Positions 8,500 to 18,099 of a DNA stretch of 64,000 nt are shown piece after piece. The notes below the pieces were generated by a model, which saw only the letters and a list, made by a program, of their open reading frames with translations, ran no database searches and had not been told where the DNA came from. Every line of letters begins with the position of its first letter. The first letter of the stretch is position 1. The position numbers and the translations under genes were made by a program. Source of the stretch: Gemmatimonadaceae bacterium (GTDB taxonomy: Bacteria; Gemmatimonadota; Gemmatimonadetes; Gemmatimonadales; Gemmatimonadaceae); the NCBI GenBank assembly GCA_036392315.1, contig DASVYG010000443.1, positions 8,474 to 72,473 of the forward strand, in the 5' to 3' direction.

Positions 8500-8862
8500 T
8501 CACTCGTCCCGCACGAGTGCAAGAATTGCCGCTTGAGGGACGACCAAATAGCGCTCGCCCTCGAACGTGATCTCGACCGCCGCCTTGCGGAAGAACAGCG
8601 CGTAGTCGCCGGTCCGAGCCTGCATCGGAAGGAACCGCGTCTCGCGCGACGGCATGCGCCACGGCTCCTCCGACGAATATGAATCCGGACTCGGCATGGG
8701 AAGTCCCGGGCCGGTCGCCATGATCGTTCCGCCCTGCACCGCTTGGTTGTCGACGGCGGTCGGCGGCAGGTACAAGCCGACGTTCGTACGCTCTTCGCCC
8801 TCTTCGACCCGGACGAGGACGCGGTCGCCGACGACGATGAGTTCCTTATCACGCTTGATCAT
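8500..8862 (-). CDS. GroES/Cpn10-family protein (divergent, stand-alone)
   Basis: ATG 8862 follows GGGAGAG. GDRVLVRVEEGEERTNVGLYLP....GTIMATGPG and a C-terminal YLVVPQAAILALV resemble Cpn10. A 30-aa insertion is present and no groEL lies nearby. Confidence 0.7.
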   Translation of the reverse strand: MIKRDKELIVVGDRVLVRVEEGEERTNVGLYLPPTAVDNQAVQGGTIMATGPGLPMPSPDSYSSEEPWRMPSRETRFLPMQARTGDYALFFRKAAVEITFEGERYLVVPQAAILALVRDE

Positions 8863-8942
8863 CGGGCTCTCCCGCAAGGGAGTGAGGTAGGGAGTACCGA
8901 GTACTCATGTCGCAACTTCAATCTTGTCAAAGGTACGGGCCC

Positions 8943-10265
8943 TCAGAAGGGGCTGGCAGCTGGCTGGCGCGTCAGGCGGAAGACCGGATAGCTGATCAGC
9001 ACGATGAATAACGCGTAGAGACTGTTCCGGCGATCTCCCACGATGGCGCTGGCCAGAAACGCCAACGAGCCAAGCAGGACGAACCCCGTCGTCCATGGAT
9101 GTCCAATGGCTCGATACGGCCGCGGCGCATCGGGCTCGCGGTGGCGAAGCACGAACACGGCGATGAACGACAACGCGTAGTCGGCCACGAAGAAGAACGC
9201 GGCAATGGCGATGATCGTCTCGAACGTTCCAGTCGCGAGGAACGCAATCGCCACCAACGCGCTCGAGACGAGTGCGACGGTCGGCGTCCCGCCCGCATTA
9301 ACACGCGTCGCGAACGGAATGCCGAGTCCGTCGCGGCTCACCGAGTAAAGGACGCGCGAGCCCATGAGCAAGTTCGCGTTGACGGCGCTGGGCAGCGACA
9401 CGATCACCACGAGTCGAACGAGCAGTTCACCGCGTCCGCCGAAAAGGGCCTGCGCTACGGTCCCCGCGGCGAGCTGGGATCCGGCGAGCGCGCTCGTCGG
9501 CACGGCGGTGAGGAACGCGATGTTCGTCAGCAGATAGATGACCGCGACACACAGCAGTCCATAGAACATCGAGCGGGGGATCTGACGCGACGGATCGTCG
9601 AGCTCCTCGGAAAAATAGATCGGCCCGTCCCATCCATCGTACGTATAGATCACCGCCTGCGCGGCGAGCATGAACGCAACGAACACCGACGTTTTCGCGG
9701 CTGCGCCAGCCGCGGGCGCGGCAGCAACGTGGGCTCGTCCGGCGAACACGAAACACGCCACGATCAAGGCGAGCAACGCCAGCGCTTTGGCCAGACTCGT
9801 AACCTGCTGCGCGATGTTACCGGACTTCGCGCCGCGGAGCAGGAGCACCATGAAAATGACGACGACCGACATCGCAATCGGCGCCGCCGCGCCACTCGAG
9901 AGCGACATGACCCGCACCGTGGATTCGCCAATCACCAGTGAGATCGCGGCGATCGACGCACAGGTCGAAATCCAGTCGTTCCAGCCGACGAAGAACCCCG
10001 CGTAGTCGCCGAACGCGCGGCGCGCGAAGATGAACTGGCCGCCACTGCGCGGGAGCATCGTCCCCAACTCGGACAGCGCGTTCGCACCCAAGAGCGCGTA
10101 GAATCCGCCAACGACCCAAATCCCAATGAACAGCCACGGATTTGGCAGCAGCGCCGCGATGTCACCGGGTGTACGCAAAATGCCGGCACCGATCGTATTT
10201 CCGACGGTGACGGCAAGGCCAAATGACAGACCGAGGATTCGAAGCAGCGACTGAGGGCGACTCAC
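8943..10265 (-). CDS. APC-superfamily amino acid permease
   Basis: 440 aa with about 12 hydrophobic helices. The N-terminal GNTIGAGILRTPG and SELGTMLPRSGG motifs are typical of APC transporters. Confidence 0.9.
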   Translation of the reverse strand: MSRPQSLLRILGLSFGLAVTVGNTIGAGILRTPGDIAALLPNPWLFIGIWVVGGFYALLGANALSELGTMLPRSGGQFIFARRAFGDYAGFFVGWNDWISTCASIAAISLVIGESTVRVMSLSSGAAAPIAMSVVVIFMVLLLRGAKSGNIAQQVTSLAKALALLALIVACFVFAGRAHVAAAPAAGAAAKTSVFVAFMLAAQAVIYTYDGWDGPIYFSEELDDPSRQIPRSMFYGLLCVAVIYLLTNIAFLTAVPTSALAGSQLAAGTVAQALFGGRGELLVRLVVIVSLPSAVNANLLMGSRVLYSVSRDGLGIPFATRVNAGGTPTVALVSSALVAIAFLATGTFETIIAIAAFFFVADYALSFIAVFVLRHREPDAPRPYRAIGHPWTTGFVLLGSLAFLASAIVGDRRNSLYALFIVLISYPVFRLTRQPAASPF

Positions 10266-10469
10266 CGGCGCAAGGATCGCCTAGTATTGGTGAGTTCGCC
10301 AGAGACGGATGACGACGGGGTGAGTGCCGCTCTCGTTCCACCTCGGCATCACCCCGTCGAAACCCCGCTTTCATGAGATGCGGCCTGCCCCCACCCGAGC
10401 CGGCGCTGCATTCACGAAAGCACTGCCCTACGACTGCAAGACACGTAGCGCGCGCGCTACCCCTATGCC

Positions 10470-10973
10470 TCAGCCGCCGATCGTCAGCGTCGCGCTCGAT
10501 GCGTCGTAGTTCGCCGGATATGACCTCAGGTTCGTTGTAGGCTGGCCGCCAATCCACTGGCCGGACAGGTTGAACGTCGCGCCGTGACGCGGGCACTGAA
10601 ATCCGTTGTTGAACACGTCGATCGTGCTGCCCTGGTGCGGGCAGATCCGGGAGAATGCAGCAAAGGTCGACGCGCCGGTGCGCACAATCGCGATCGGAAC
10701 GCCACTCACGGTCGTCGTCGCAACGCCGCCCACGTTCGCCAACGCCGGAAAGTCCGAAACTTTGATGCTGGTCGACGTCACCGTGCCCGGGGACGTCAAG
10801 AAATCACCTGTGCCCGTCGTGCTGCATGCCGCGAGAGCCATCGCCGCCAATGCAGCCGCCGCACTCGCTACGAACTCACGGCGGGCCATTCCATGCGTGG
10901 CACCCTCGGCCGCGGCGCACGGGCATGCATGGCCCGGCGCCGCGTCTACGGTCAGCTCTTTTCTACTGCTCAT
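10470..10973 (-). CDS. Exported Rieske [2Fe-2S] domain protein (Tat signal, lipobox)
   Basis: CPHQG..x..CPRHG is the Rieske cluster motif. MARREFVASAAAALAAMALAAC is a Tat motif plus lipobox starting at residue 29. GGAGAAG precedes ATG 10973, and 10889 is an alternative start. Confidence 0.85.
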   Translation of the reverse strand: MSSRKELTVDAAPGHACPCAAAEGATHGMARREFVASAAAALAAMALAACSTTGTGDFLTSPGTVTSTSIKVSDFPALANVGGVATTTVSGVPIAIVRTGASTFAAFSRICPHQGSTIDVFNNGFQCPRHGATFNLSGQWIGGQPTTNLRSYPANYDASSATLTIGG

Positions 10974-11009
10974 CTGTACTTCTCCATCTTCTCAGAGTTT
11001 CGACGCCGA

Positions 11010-11921
11010 TCACTGGCAGGTCAAACGCCCGTGCGGCAGCGGAAGCGTGCAATTCTGGGTCGTGCCATCGTGCGTGATGACCACCTTTGCCGTTGCCGAT
11101 CCATCGTACGTGATGACCTCACGACGCGACGAGGTCGTTGGCGACTGTCCGGAGATCGTGACCGTCGCGCTCATGGCGCGAATGACTGTCCCGGCCGTGG
11201 GGTACGTTCTTGTCGTGCCCGTCGGCGCGGGGATCACGACGGCCTTGGTCGTGTCACCGGTCACGCGCATCGCGGTGAACGCACCTTGTGACGACATGCC
11301 GGTGGTATTCTCGGTGCCGGCGGACGCGCCGTTGATGGTACGCTGCGCGCTTCCCTTGGCGAGACCGGTGATCGTCTGATTGCTCGACTCGTTCACCACA
11401 CTCTTACTACTGTCGCGACGCGTCGCAGTTCCAGTTACCGTCACCGTGGTCGTTACGGTGTTCGTCGTACTGTCCGGTTTCTCCTGCGCTTGTCCGGCGG
11501 CTGTCGTGTACTTCGAGACGCGCGTCACCGTCAATCCATCGCGGGTAGTGAACGTGCAGGTCACCAGTCCGGTGCTGCTCGAGAAGGTGCACGAGCCGTC
11601 GCTCGAATGCATGGGGCCGAGGCCGTCGCCGAGGAATGGCCCGCCGAGCCCGCCACCCATGAAGCCGAGGCCGAATCCGGGGCCGCCACCGAGCGGACCG
11701 AAACCGCCGTGGCCGCGACCATGGTCGCCGAACTCGGGCTCGAACGCCCCGGCCGACGAGTCGGCGCTGAAGCTGCTGTTGAGTTGGGCGTAGCCAGCGG
11801 GCGCGGTGGAGTATGCCGAGGCCATCGTGATGGCGAGCTGGCTCGATGGCGCGTTCGCATCGTTACAGGCAGTAACAAAAATTGCGGCGGCGCAACTTGC
11901 TGTAATGACGAACTGTTTCAT
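11010..11921 (-). CDS. Hypothetical lipoprotein (Gly-rich linker plus Thr-rich beta region)
   Basis: MKQFVITASCAAAIFVTAC is a signal peptide plus lipobox. It is followed by a GHGGFGPLGGGPGFGLGFMGGGLGGP tract and then Thr/Ser-rich repeats. It lies directly downstream of the ECF sigma gene. Confidence 0.65.
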   Translation of the reverse strand: MKQFVITASCAAAIFVTACNDANAPSSQLAITMASAYSTAPAGYAQLNSSFSADSSAGAFEPEFGDHGRGHGGFGPLGGGPGFGLGFMGGGLGGPFLGDGLGPMHSSDGSCTFSSSTGLVTCTFTTRDGLTVTRVSKYTTAAGQAQEKPDSTTNTVTTTVTVTGTATRRDSSKSVVNESSNQTITGLAKGSAQRTINGASAGTENTTGMSSQGAFTAMRVTGDTTKAVVIPAPTGTTRTYPTAGTVIRAMSATVTISGQSPTTSSRREVITYDGSATAKVVITHDGTTQNCTLPLPHGRLTCQ

Positions 11922-11987
11922 CGAAAGGGTCCTGTTCTGGGTTCAGAGACAGGACACGTCACGACGCGCGAACCCTCATCGTGCTGT

Positions 11988-12539
11988 CTACAGCGCTCCG
12001 CCTTCCGGCAGCCAACCCGCGAGTCGCGTTCGCAAATGGCGGAGCGCTTTGCCCATCTGCGACTCCACCGTCTTGACGGAGATTCCGAGCGTGCTCGCGA
12101 TCTCGGAGTAACGGAGGCCTTGGCCGCGGCTCAGCTCGAACACCTCGCGACATGCCGGCGGCAACTCTGCCACCGCCGCGACGATCGCGGTGCGCAGCTC
12201 GCTCGCGACGAGCATCGACGCGCCGGTGGCCGCGATCGAGTCTTCGCTCATCAGCTCGGGCTCAGCGCGGCGGCGCACGTTCGCGTGGCGCACTTGATTC
12301 AGCGCGCGATTGCGCGTGGCACGCAGCAGATACGCGCGAAGCGATTCATGAATCGCGAGCTCGCCGCGGCGGCGCCACAACTCGAGCATCACTTCCTGTG
12401 CGGCGTCTTCCGCCGCGGCACGATCGCGGAGCAAGTTCTGCGCGAATGCCACTAACTGCGCGTAATGTGCGCGGAAAATGGAGTCGAACGCGTCTTGATC
12501 GCCGGACTTCAGCCGGTTCAATAGATCGCGATCGTCCAT
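11988..12539 (-). CDS. ECF-type RNA polymerase sigma factor
   Basis: ATG 12539 is internal to the 12692 ORF. Region 2 is DAAQEVMLELWRR. Region 4 HTH is LRYSEIASTLGISVKTVESQMGKAL. Confidence 0.9.
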   Translation of the reverse strand: MDDRDLLNRLKSGDQDAFDSIFRAHYAQLVAFAQNLLRDRAAAEDAAQEVMLELWRRRGELAIHESLRAYLLRATRNRALNQVRHANVRRRAEPELMSEDSIAATGASMLVASELRTAIVAAVAELPPACREVFELSRGQGLRYSEIASTLGISVKTVESQMGKALRHLRTRLAGWLPEGGAL

Positions 12540-12667
12540 GAGATCGTCGGGAAAGAATGATCGGTGGCCGAAACGGGTGCTGTCCGCAGTCGCGGCCTTC
12601 CCGTATACTCCGAACGGCGATTCATGATCCGAATAAGGGTACGCAATCCAACGCGTGTCGATAGGGT

Positions 12668-13735
12668 ATGACGAGCGACGCCTCTCCCCCAAATCAGAGC
12701 AGCTCGGCCAACATTCCCGACTGGGACGCGATCGCTCGTTTCCTCGCCGGAGAGAGCTCGGCCGAGGAGGCGAAAAGCGTGCAACGTTGGTTGGAGGCGA
12801 ACCCGGTCGAGAAAGAGCTCGTGGCGCGGCTCGATGCCGCCGTCACCGCCGACGCCGGGGCCGACGTTGACGTCGAGGCGGCGCTCGCGCGCGTTCACGC
12901 GCGAATGGGTGAGACGGAACGCCGCCCGCGGCTCACGCTCGATCGCGGACATCCCCCGGCCCGTTGGCGCACCGTGATGGTAGGCGCGGTGCTCGCCGCC
13001 GCAGCCGTCGTCGGCATGATGGTCACCTTGCGCTCGGCGCACATCGCGTCGACGCCAACGATGCTCGCGGCTCACACGTACACCACCCAGGTCGGGAAGC
13101 GGGATTCAGTCAAGCTTGCCGACGGTACGCGGGTGCTCCTCGGACCCGACAGCCGTCTCACCGTTCCGGCCGACTACGGGACGACCTCACGAACAGTGGA
13201 CCTGCATGGCGACGGATACTTCGACGTGCGTCACGACGCCCAAAAACCATTCGCCGTCCGCGTCCGAAGCGCGCTCATCGAGGACGTCGGGACGACGTTC
13301 ACGGTTGAAAGCGACGACGCCGATACCACGAGTGTCGCCGTCGTTACGGGGAGTATTCGGCTGCGTGAACGCAACTCCGCACCCGATGGTGGTGTAGTAC
13401 TGGCCGCAGGGGATCGCGGCTCGATCGATGCGCGAGGCAACGTGCGTGCGGAGCGGCAGTCGGTGCGTGACGATGATGTCGCCTGGACCACTGGGCGACT
13501 GGTCTTCCGTGAGGCATCGCTCACCCGCGTGGCGGGAGAGATTCACCGGTGGTATGGCGTAACGCTGCGCGTTGCGGATTCATCATTGCTCGACCGGCAT
13601 GTCACCATGCAATTCGCCGGTGAGCCGATCGATCAGGTGCTCAAGATTCTTGGACTCACGCTCGGTGCGCGGGTCGAACGGCAGGGAGACAGCGCGACCG
13701 TCACGACGATACACGGATCAAACTCGGCGCGGTGA
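12668..13735 (+). CDS. FecR-family anti-sigma factor / transmembrane sensor
   Basis: An N-terminal anti-sigma region is followed by a single TM (TVMVGAVLAAAAVVGMMV). The periplasmic FecR domain includes LADGTRVLLGPDSRLTV..GDGYFDV..PFAV. Confidence 0.85.
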   Translation: MTSDASPPNQSSSANIPDWDAIARFLAGESSAEEAKSVQRWLEANPVEKELVARLDAAVTADAGADVDVEAALARVHARMGETERRPRLTLDRGHPPARWRTVMVGAVLAAAAVVGMMVTLRSAHIASTPTMLAAHTYTTQVGKRDSVKLADGTRVLLGPDSRLTVPADYGTTSRTVDLHGDGYFDVRHDAQKPFAVRVRSALIEDVGTTFTVESDDADTTSVAVVTGSIRLRERNSAPDGGVVLAAGDRGSIDARGNVRAERQSVRDDDVAWTTGRLVFREASLTRVAGEIHRWYGVTLRVADSSLLDRHVTMQFAGEPIDQVLKILGLTLGARVERQGDSATVTTIHGSNSAR

Positions 13736-16251
13736 AGAGACTTCGATTGCGGAGACGCCACGGATTGCTGAGCGTCGTCGTGGCGCTGGGCGTCGTTCGC
13801 CCGGCGCTCGCGCAATCGCGCGTCTGTATTACAACCCAAACCGATACGGCGGAGAGCACGGCGCATTGGGCGGCGCCGCTCGACCGTCCCGTCACCCTGC
13901 ACGCGAGCGACCTCGCGCTTCGGGACGCGCTCGATCGCGTCGCCAACCTGGCAAAGCTCCGCCTCTCGTATAGCACCGAGCTGCTGCCGCTCGACCACGT
14001 GGTCTGCGTCACCGCCGACGCGGAGCCCGTCGGAAGAGTGCTGTCCGACCTGCTCCGCGAGACGAACCTCGCCGCGGTGGGCGTCGGCGGCGATCAAGTC
14101 GTGCTGACCCCGCGAGCGAACACAGAGTCGCGCGAATCGACGCCCGACATGTCGCGTACCGTCGGCGTGCTCGATCGCGTCGTGGTCACGGGGAGCGCGG
14201 TCGGCTCGTCGCAACGCGAGCTCTCCGTGGGACTCGATGTGCTCGACGGCCGGCAGCTCGCGCGCGACAACACGAACACACTGTCCGGCGCGCTCGACAC
14301 CTACGTGCCGGGGATGTGGAGCTGGACGCAATCGCCCACCAGTATGGTCAGCTCGTACGCGAGCATTCGCGGCGCGAGCTCGTTTGGGCTCAGCTATCCC
14401 AAGATCTACATCGACGGTATCGAGGTCGCGAACCCGCTGCTCGTCACGCGATTCAACGCCGGCTCGATCGACCGCATCGAAGTCATTCGCGGGCCGCAGG
14501 GCTCGGCGCTCTACGGCACCGACGCGATCAGCGGCGTCGTCAACATCGTGACCCGTCACGAGGGAGCGAGCGGCGACGGAACGCGCGCCTCACTCCGGAC
14601 AACGGCCGGCTTGTCGGAAAGCTCGTTCACCCACGATGTCCTCGCGCAGGATCACGCGCTGTCGATCGTCAGCGGCACGAGCACTCGCTCGGCTGACCTG
14701 CACGTCTCGGGTGGAAGCATGGGCGCATTCATTCCCAATGGGTACAGCCGAGATCTGATGGCGAGCGGCAGCGCGCGGGTCGTCGGCGCCAACAGTTCGG
14801 TCGCGGCGACGGCGCGGTTCTTCACGCAGCAGGCCGGAACGCCGAACAGGTCATTGCTCGCTGGATTCGCGGCGAGACCGAGCGGATCCGACTCGACCGG
14901 GTCCGGCCCGGCGACGCAGTCAACCGACACGCCACAATCGGTGCAGGAGTACACCGTCGGCGTTACGGGAACGCTGACGCCCGACTCTCGATGGACGCAT
15001 TCGCTCGTCGCTGGTGTCGATGGCTACCGGCTGGCGAACGCAGAAACGAATTTCACGCCGTTTCCGAATCCCGCCGATTCTGCATTGCGCGCGGCCGAAG
15101 GCGGCGCCGATCGCGCGACATTGCGCGCGAGCAGCGTCCTGCGGTTGGCGACGACCGAATCGTCACGCGCGACGCTGACCTTTTCCGCCGAGCATGCGGC
15201 GCTCCGTGGAAGCTCGATCCGTAAGACGGCGCTGTTCTCCGAGCAAGGCAAGACCGCCCTGATGCCGGCGCGCACCGAAACGAGCGACCTCGTGACGTGG
15301 CAGAACAACTCCGGGTTCACCACGCAGGCAAACGCGTCCTACGACAACACGTTCTTCGCGACGGGCGGAGTTCGGATCGAGCATGATAGTCGTCTGCCGG
15401 CGTCGAATCAGTTCGTCACGCTTCCGATGTTCGGTGGCGCCGCGGCGCACGACTACGGTCCATTCACCGTCAAGTTGCGGGCGGCGTACGGCAAGGGCAT
15501 TCGGCCCCCGGCGACGCTCGTGCACTCCTCGTTCTGGCAGTCGTGGAACGGCGCGACGCAGGCGGCGCTCGGTCCCGAAGTGCAATCCGGCACCGAGGCG
15601 GGCTTCGATGTGTGGTTCCGCCATGCGTTCTCGGTGCAGGTCACACGGTTCGATCAACGGGCGTCGGGCTTGGTGCAGCAGGTCGCCGTGTCTGCCGACT
15701 CGGGCTACCAGTCCCGGCACGTGACCTACGCGCTCCAGGACGTGGGTGAGATCTCGAACCGCGGGTGGGAGATCGCCGCGGCGGAAAGTGTCTCGCACTT
15801 GGCGGTGACGGGTGCGCTCTCGTTCGTCGGCAGCCGCGTCACCAAGCTGGCGAACGGCTACACGGGCGACCTGCAGACAGGCGACCGTATGCTCCAGGTC
15901 CCATCGAGTACGGCGAGCCTGACGGCGTCGTGGACAGGCAACCACTGGTACGCCACGTTGGGCGGCGCGCGCGCGATGGATTGGATCAACTATGACGAGC
16001 TCGCGATGACCCAGCAGTTCACCAGCGGGAGCCATCCGGCGCACGAATTACTCGGCTCCCAACTTCGCCAGTATTGGCGGCGCTATGACGGCGGTCTCCG
16101 CTTACGTGCATCGGCGTCCCGCGACATTCGAGGTATGTTTTCGATCGAGCTGTCAGCGGACAACTTGCTGAACTACCAGCGCGGCGAGCCCGACAACGTC
16201 ACGATCGTTCCCGGACGGACGATCATGTCCGGCGTCCGGGTCAAGTTCTAG
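13732..16251 (+). CDS. TonB-dependent receptor with N-terminal STN signalling domain (FecA-like)
   Basis: The GTG start overlaps the FecR stop (GTGA). The gene has a signal peptide and an STN domain (LHASDLALRDALDRVANLAKLRLSY). The plug signature is DRIEVIRGPQGSALYGTDAISGVVNIVT. The protein ends in a C-terminal Phe. Confidence 0.9.
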   Translation: MKRLRLRRRHGLLSVVVALGVVRPALAQSRVCITTQTDTAESTAHWAAPLDRPVTLHASDLALRDALDRVANLAKLRLSYSTELLPLDHVVCVTADAEPVGRVLSDLLRETNLAAVGVGGDQVVLTPRANTESRESTPDMSRTVGVLDRVVVTGSAVGSSQRELSVGLDVLDGRQLARDNTNTLSGALDTYVPGMWSWTQSPTSMVSSYASIRGASSFGLSYPKIYIDGIEVANPLLVTRFNAGSIDRIEVIRGPQGSALYGTDAISGVVNIVTRHEGASGDGTRASLRTTAGLSESSFTHDVLAQDHALSIVSGTSTRSADLHVSGGSMGAFIPNGYSRDLMASGSARVVGANSSVAATARFFTQQAGTPNRSLLAGFAARPSGSDSTGSGPATQSTDTPQSVQEYTVGVTGTLTPDSRWTHSLVAGVDGYRLANAETNFTPFPNPADSALRAAEGGADRATLRASSVLRLATTESSRATLTFSAEHAALRGSSIRKTALFSEQGKTALMPARTETSDLVTWQNNSGFTTQANASYDNTFFATGGVRIEHDSRLPASNQFVTLPMFGGAAAHDYGPFTVKLRAAYGKGIRPPATLVHSSFWQSWNGATQAALGPEVQSGTEAGFDVWFRHAFSVQVTRFDQRASGLVQQVAVSADSGYQSRHVTYALQDVGEISNRGWEIAAAESVSHLAVTGALSFVGSRVTKLANGYTGDLQTGDRMLQVPSSTASLTASWTGNHWYATLGGARAMDWINYDELAMTQQFTSGSHPAHELLGSQLRQYWRRYDGGLRLRASASRDIRGMFSIELSADNLLNYQRGEPDNVTIVPGRTIMSGVRVKF

Positions 16252-16259
16252 CGGTCGCG

Positions 16260-16769
16260 TTACGTTGTCGGAGCCTCGCCCGGCTCGGCGTCTTCGTGAA
16301 CGATGGTCCGACGGACGAGTTGCACGACGCCGGCGAGAATGAGCCCCCAAACGACGATCGCCAAGCCTCGATAGAGTAGCGCGTGCAGGCCCATGCCGAC
16401 CATGTCGTCCCAATGGGCTCGGACCGTTCCATTCGCTTCGCGGCCGGCCGTGACGAGCAGCGCGCTGGTGACCATCTCCGCCGCGACCTCGACGAGGGCG
16501 AATGCCGGCGCGCGCCAGAAGTACTGGTGGAGCGGGTAATTGGCGAGGTGCGCCGTGAGCATTCCGAACAGCAGAATGGAACCGACGGCAAACACCACCG
16601 CGAGATAGACCCAATTATTCGAGCCGTGGGTGAAGGCAGCGAGTCGAAGCAGGCGAACAAGGACGCCCGTAACGATCGCCATCTCGACCAGCGAGAACGA
16701 GAAGCGCCGAAAGGCCTGCGGCTCCTCGAGCTTGATTTCGACGGCGTGGTTAGGAAAGAAGCTCGGCAT
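16260..16769 (-). CDS. Hypothetical integral membrane protein (4-5 TM)
   Basis: 169 aa with several hydrophobic helices and coding codon bias. It is the last gene of a same-strand run with the Rieske oxygenase. Confidence 0.6.
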   Translation of the reverse strand: MPSFFPNHAVEIKLEEPQAFRRFSFSLVEMAIVTGVLVRLLRLAAFTHGSNNWVYLAVVFAVGSILLFGMLTAHLANYPLHQYFWRAPAFALVEVAAEMVTSALLVTAGREANGTVRAHWDDMVGMGLHALLYRGLAIVVWGLILAGVVQLVRRTIVHEDAEPGEAPTT

Positions 16770-16978
16770 TGCTCACCCCCTTAGACAAACGAACCGTTGA
16801 AAGGGTAGCAACGTGCCCGGTCTCACAACCAGCGGCGCAGCGTAAGGAGCCTGACCGCCTCATCCGGGCCGACCAACCCATTGGGCTGTCCGGCGAGAGC
16901 AGACCGCGGCATCAACACGCCAGCATCGCCAATTTGGCGCCACCAACGTCGCTAGTCGCGTCCAATCGATGGTTGCGG

Positions 16979-18064
16979 CTAGGTCAGAAACTCATGGAGC
17001 AGCGAATGGAAGTGATGGACACCCCGCTCGCGCAGCGCCGAATAGCGTCCACGATCATAGACCCGTGACCGCAGATTCCGCTGGACTCTCTCGCAGATCT
17101 CGACGTCTTCGTCTTGTATCTCGTCGCTGAAGGCGATGAGGCGCGACCACGCCGGGTCGGTGGCGGGATCGGCGGGCGGATCATGCGCGAACCACTCGAA
17201 CGCAACGATGGTTCGATCCTGCGAGACGGGGATGATGACGTTCGTCTGCATCTGTCCCATGTAGACGTTGAGCATGATGTTCGGGAAGATCCAGCCGTAC
17301 ACCGCCTCGGGCACGTCCGCCTTGGAGGGGTCGTACTTGCGATCGACCGCACCGCCGACCACAGGCCGCAAGGGCGCGTGTTGGATCGATGAGTAGCGCT
17401 GCGGCTCGACCCGATAGCTGTCGTAGTCGATTTCCTTGTGCAGACTGGGATGGACGACCGGGATGTGGTACCCCTCGAGATAGTTGTCGACGTACACCTT
17501 CCAGTTGCAGTCGAGCTCGTATTCCTTGCGCATCACGTACCGCATCGACTCGCAACCGAACCGGGCGACGCGACCGGGAATGTCGCCGAGCATTTCGTCG
17601 AGCGCCGGCGCCGCGCCGTCGAGGTTCACGAACACGAGCGGTCCCCATGTGGCGACGGCCACGGGACGAAGGCGCATGTCCTCCGGCGTGAATCGCTCCA
17701 CGCCTTCCATTTCCGGGGCGTGAAGCAGCTCGCCCTTGAGCGTGTACGTCCATCCGTGGTACTTGCACTGGAGCGTCTGGCGTTTGCCGCATCCGTGCGC
17801 GACCGGTCCGGCGCGATGGAGACAAACGTTGTGGAAACCGCGCAGCGTATCGCCATCGCGCAGCACAACGACGGAGTCATTCCCTACCTCGGCGGTAAAG
17901 AACGTCCCGGTCTCGGTCACCTGCTCGAGCCGTCCGACGAGTTGCCACGAATGCGCGAACACGCGGTCGCGCTCGAGCTCGAGGTAAACCGGATCGATGT
18001 AGAGTCGCGACGGAATCGTGGAGGCGCGGCGGATGTCCGGCTCGAAGGGAAAGATGAGGGACAT
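16979..18064 (-). CDS. Rieske non-heme iron oxygenase, alpha subunit-like
   Basis: The Rieske motif is CLHRAGPVAHGCGKRQTLQCKYHGW. The mononuclear-iron region is NWKVYVDNYLEGYHIPVVHP. Confidence 0.9.
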   Translation of the reverse strand: MSLIFPFEPDIRRASTIPSRLYIDPVYLELERDRVFAHSWQLVGRLEQVTETGTFFTAEVGNDSVVVLRDGDTLRGFHNVCLHRAGPVAHGCGKRQTLQCKYHGWTYTLKGELLHAPEMEGVERFTPEDMRLRPVAVATWGPLVFVNLDGAAPALDEMLGDIPGRVARFGCESMRYVMRKEYELDCNWKVYVDNYLEGYHIPVVHPSLHKEIDYDSYRVEPQRYSSIQHAPLRPVVGGAVDRKYDPSKADVPEAVYGWIFPNIMLNVYMGQMQTNVIIPVSQDRTIVAFEWFAHDPPADPATDPAWSRLIAFSDEIQDEDVEICERVQRNLRSRVYDRGRYSALRERGVHHFHSLLHEFLT

Positions 18065-18099
18065 GAGTCGTCGTTATGAGGTACGCGAGGCGACCTGTC

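Noticed and set aside
10266-10469. Possible riboswitch or attenuator upstream of the amino acid permease. Hairpins include ggggtga..tcacccc, and ggcgaactcacc..ggtgagtcgcc overlaps the GTG start.
   Set aside because: I could recognise no known riboswitch core (glycine, lysine, etc.). The hairpins alone are weak evidence in GC-rich DNA.
12540-12667. ECF-type autoregulatory promoter (GAAC-N16-CGT) in the sigma/FecR divergent spacer
   Set aside because: Only a loose GAAAC-N16-CGCG match is present, plus a TATACT hexamer at 12603-12608. That is not convincing enough to annotate.
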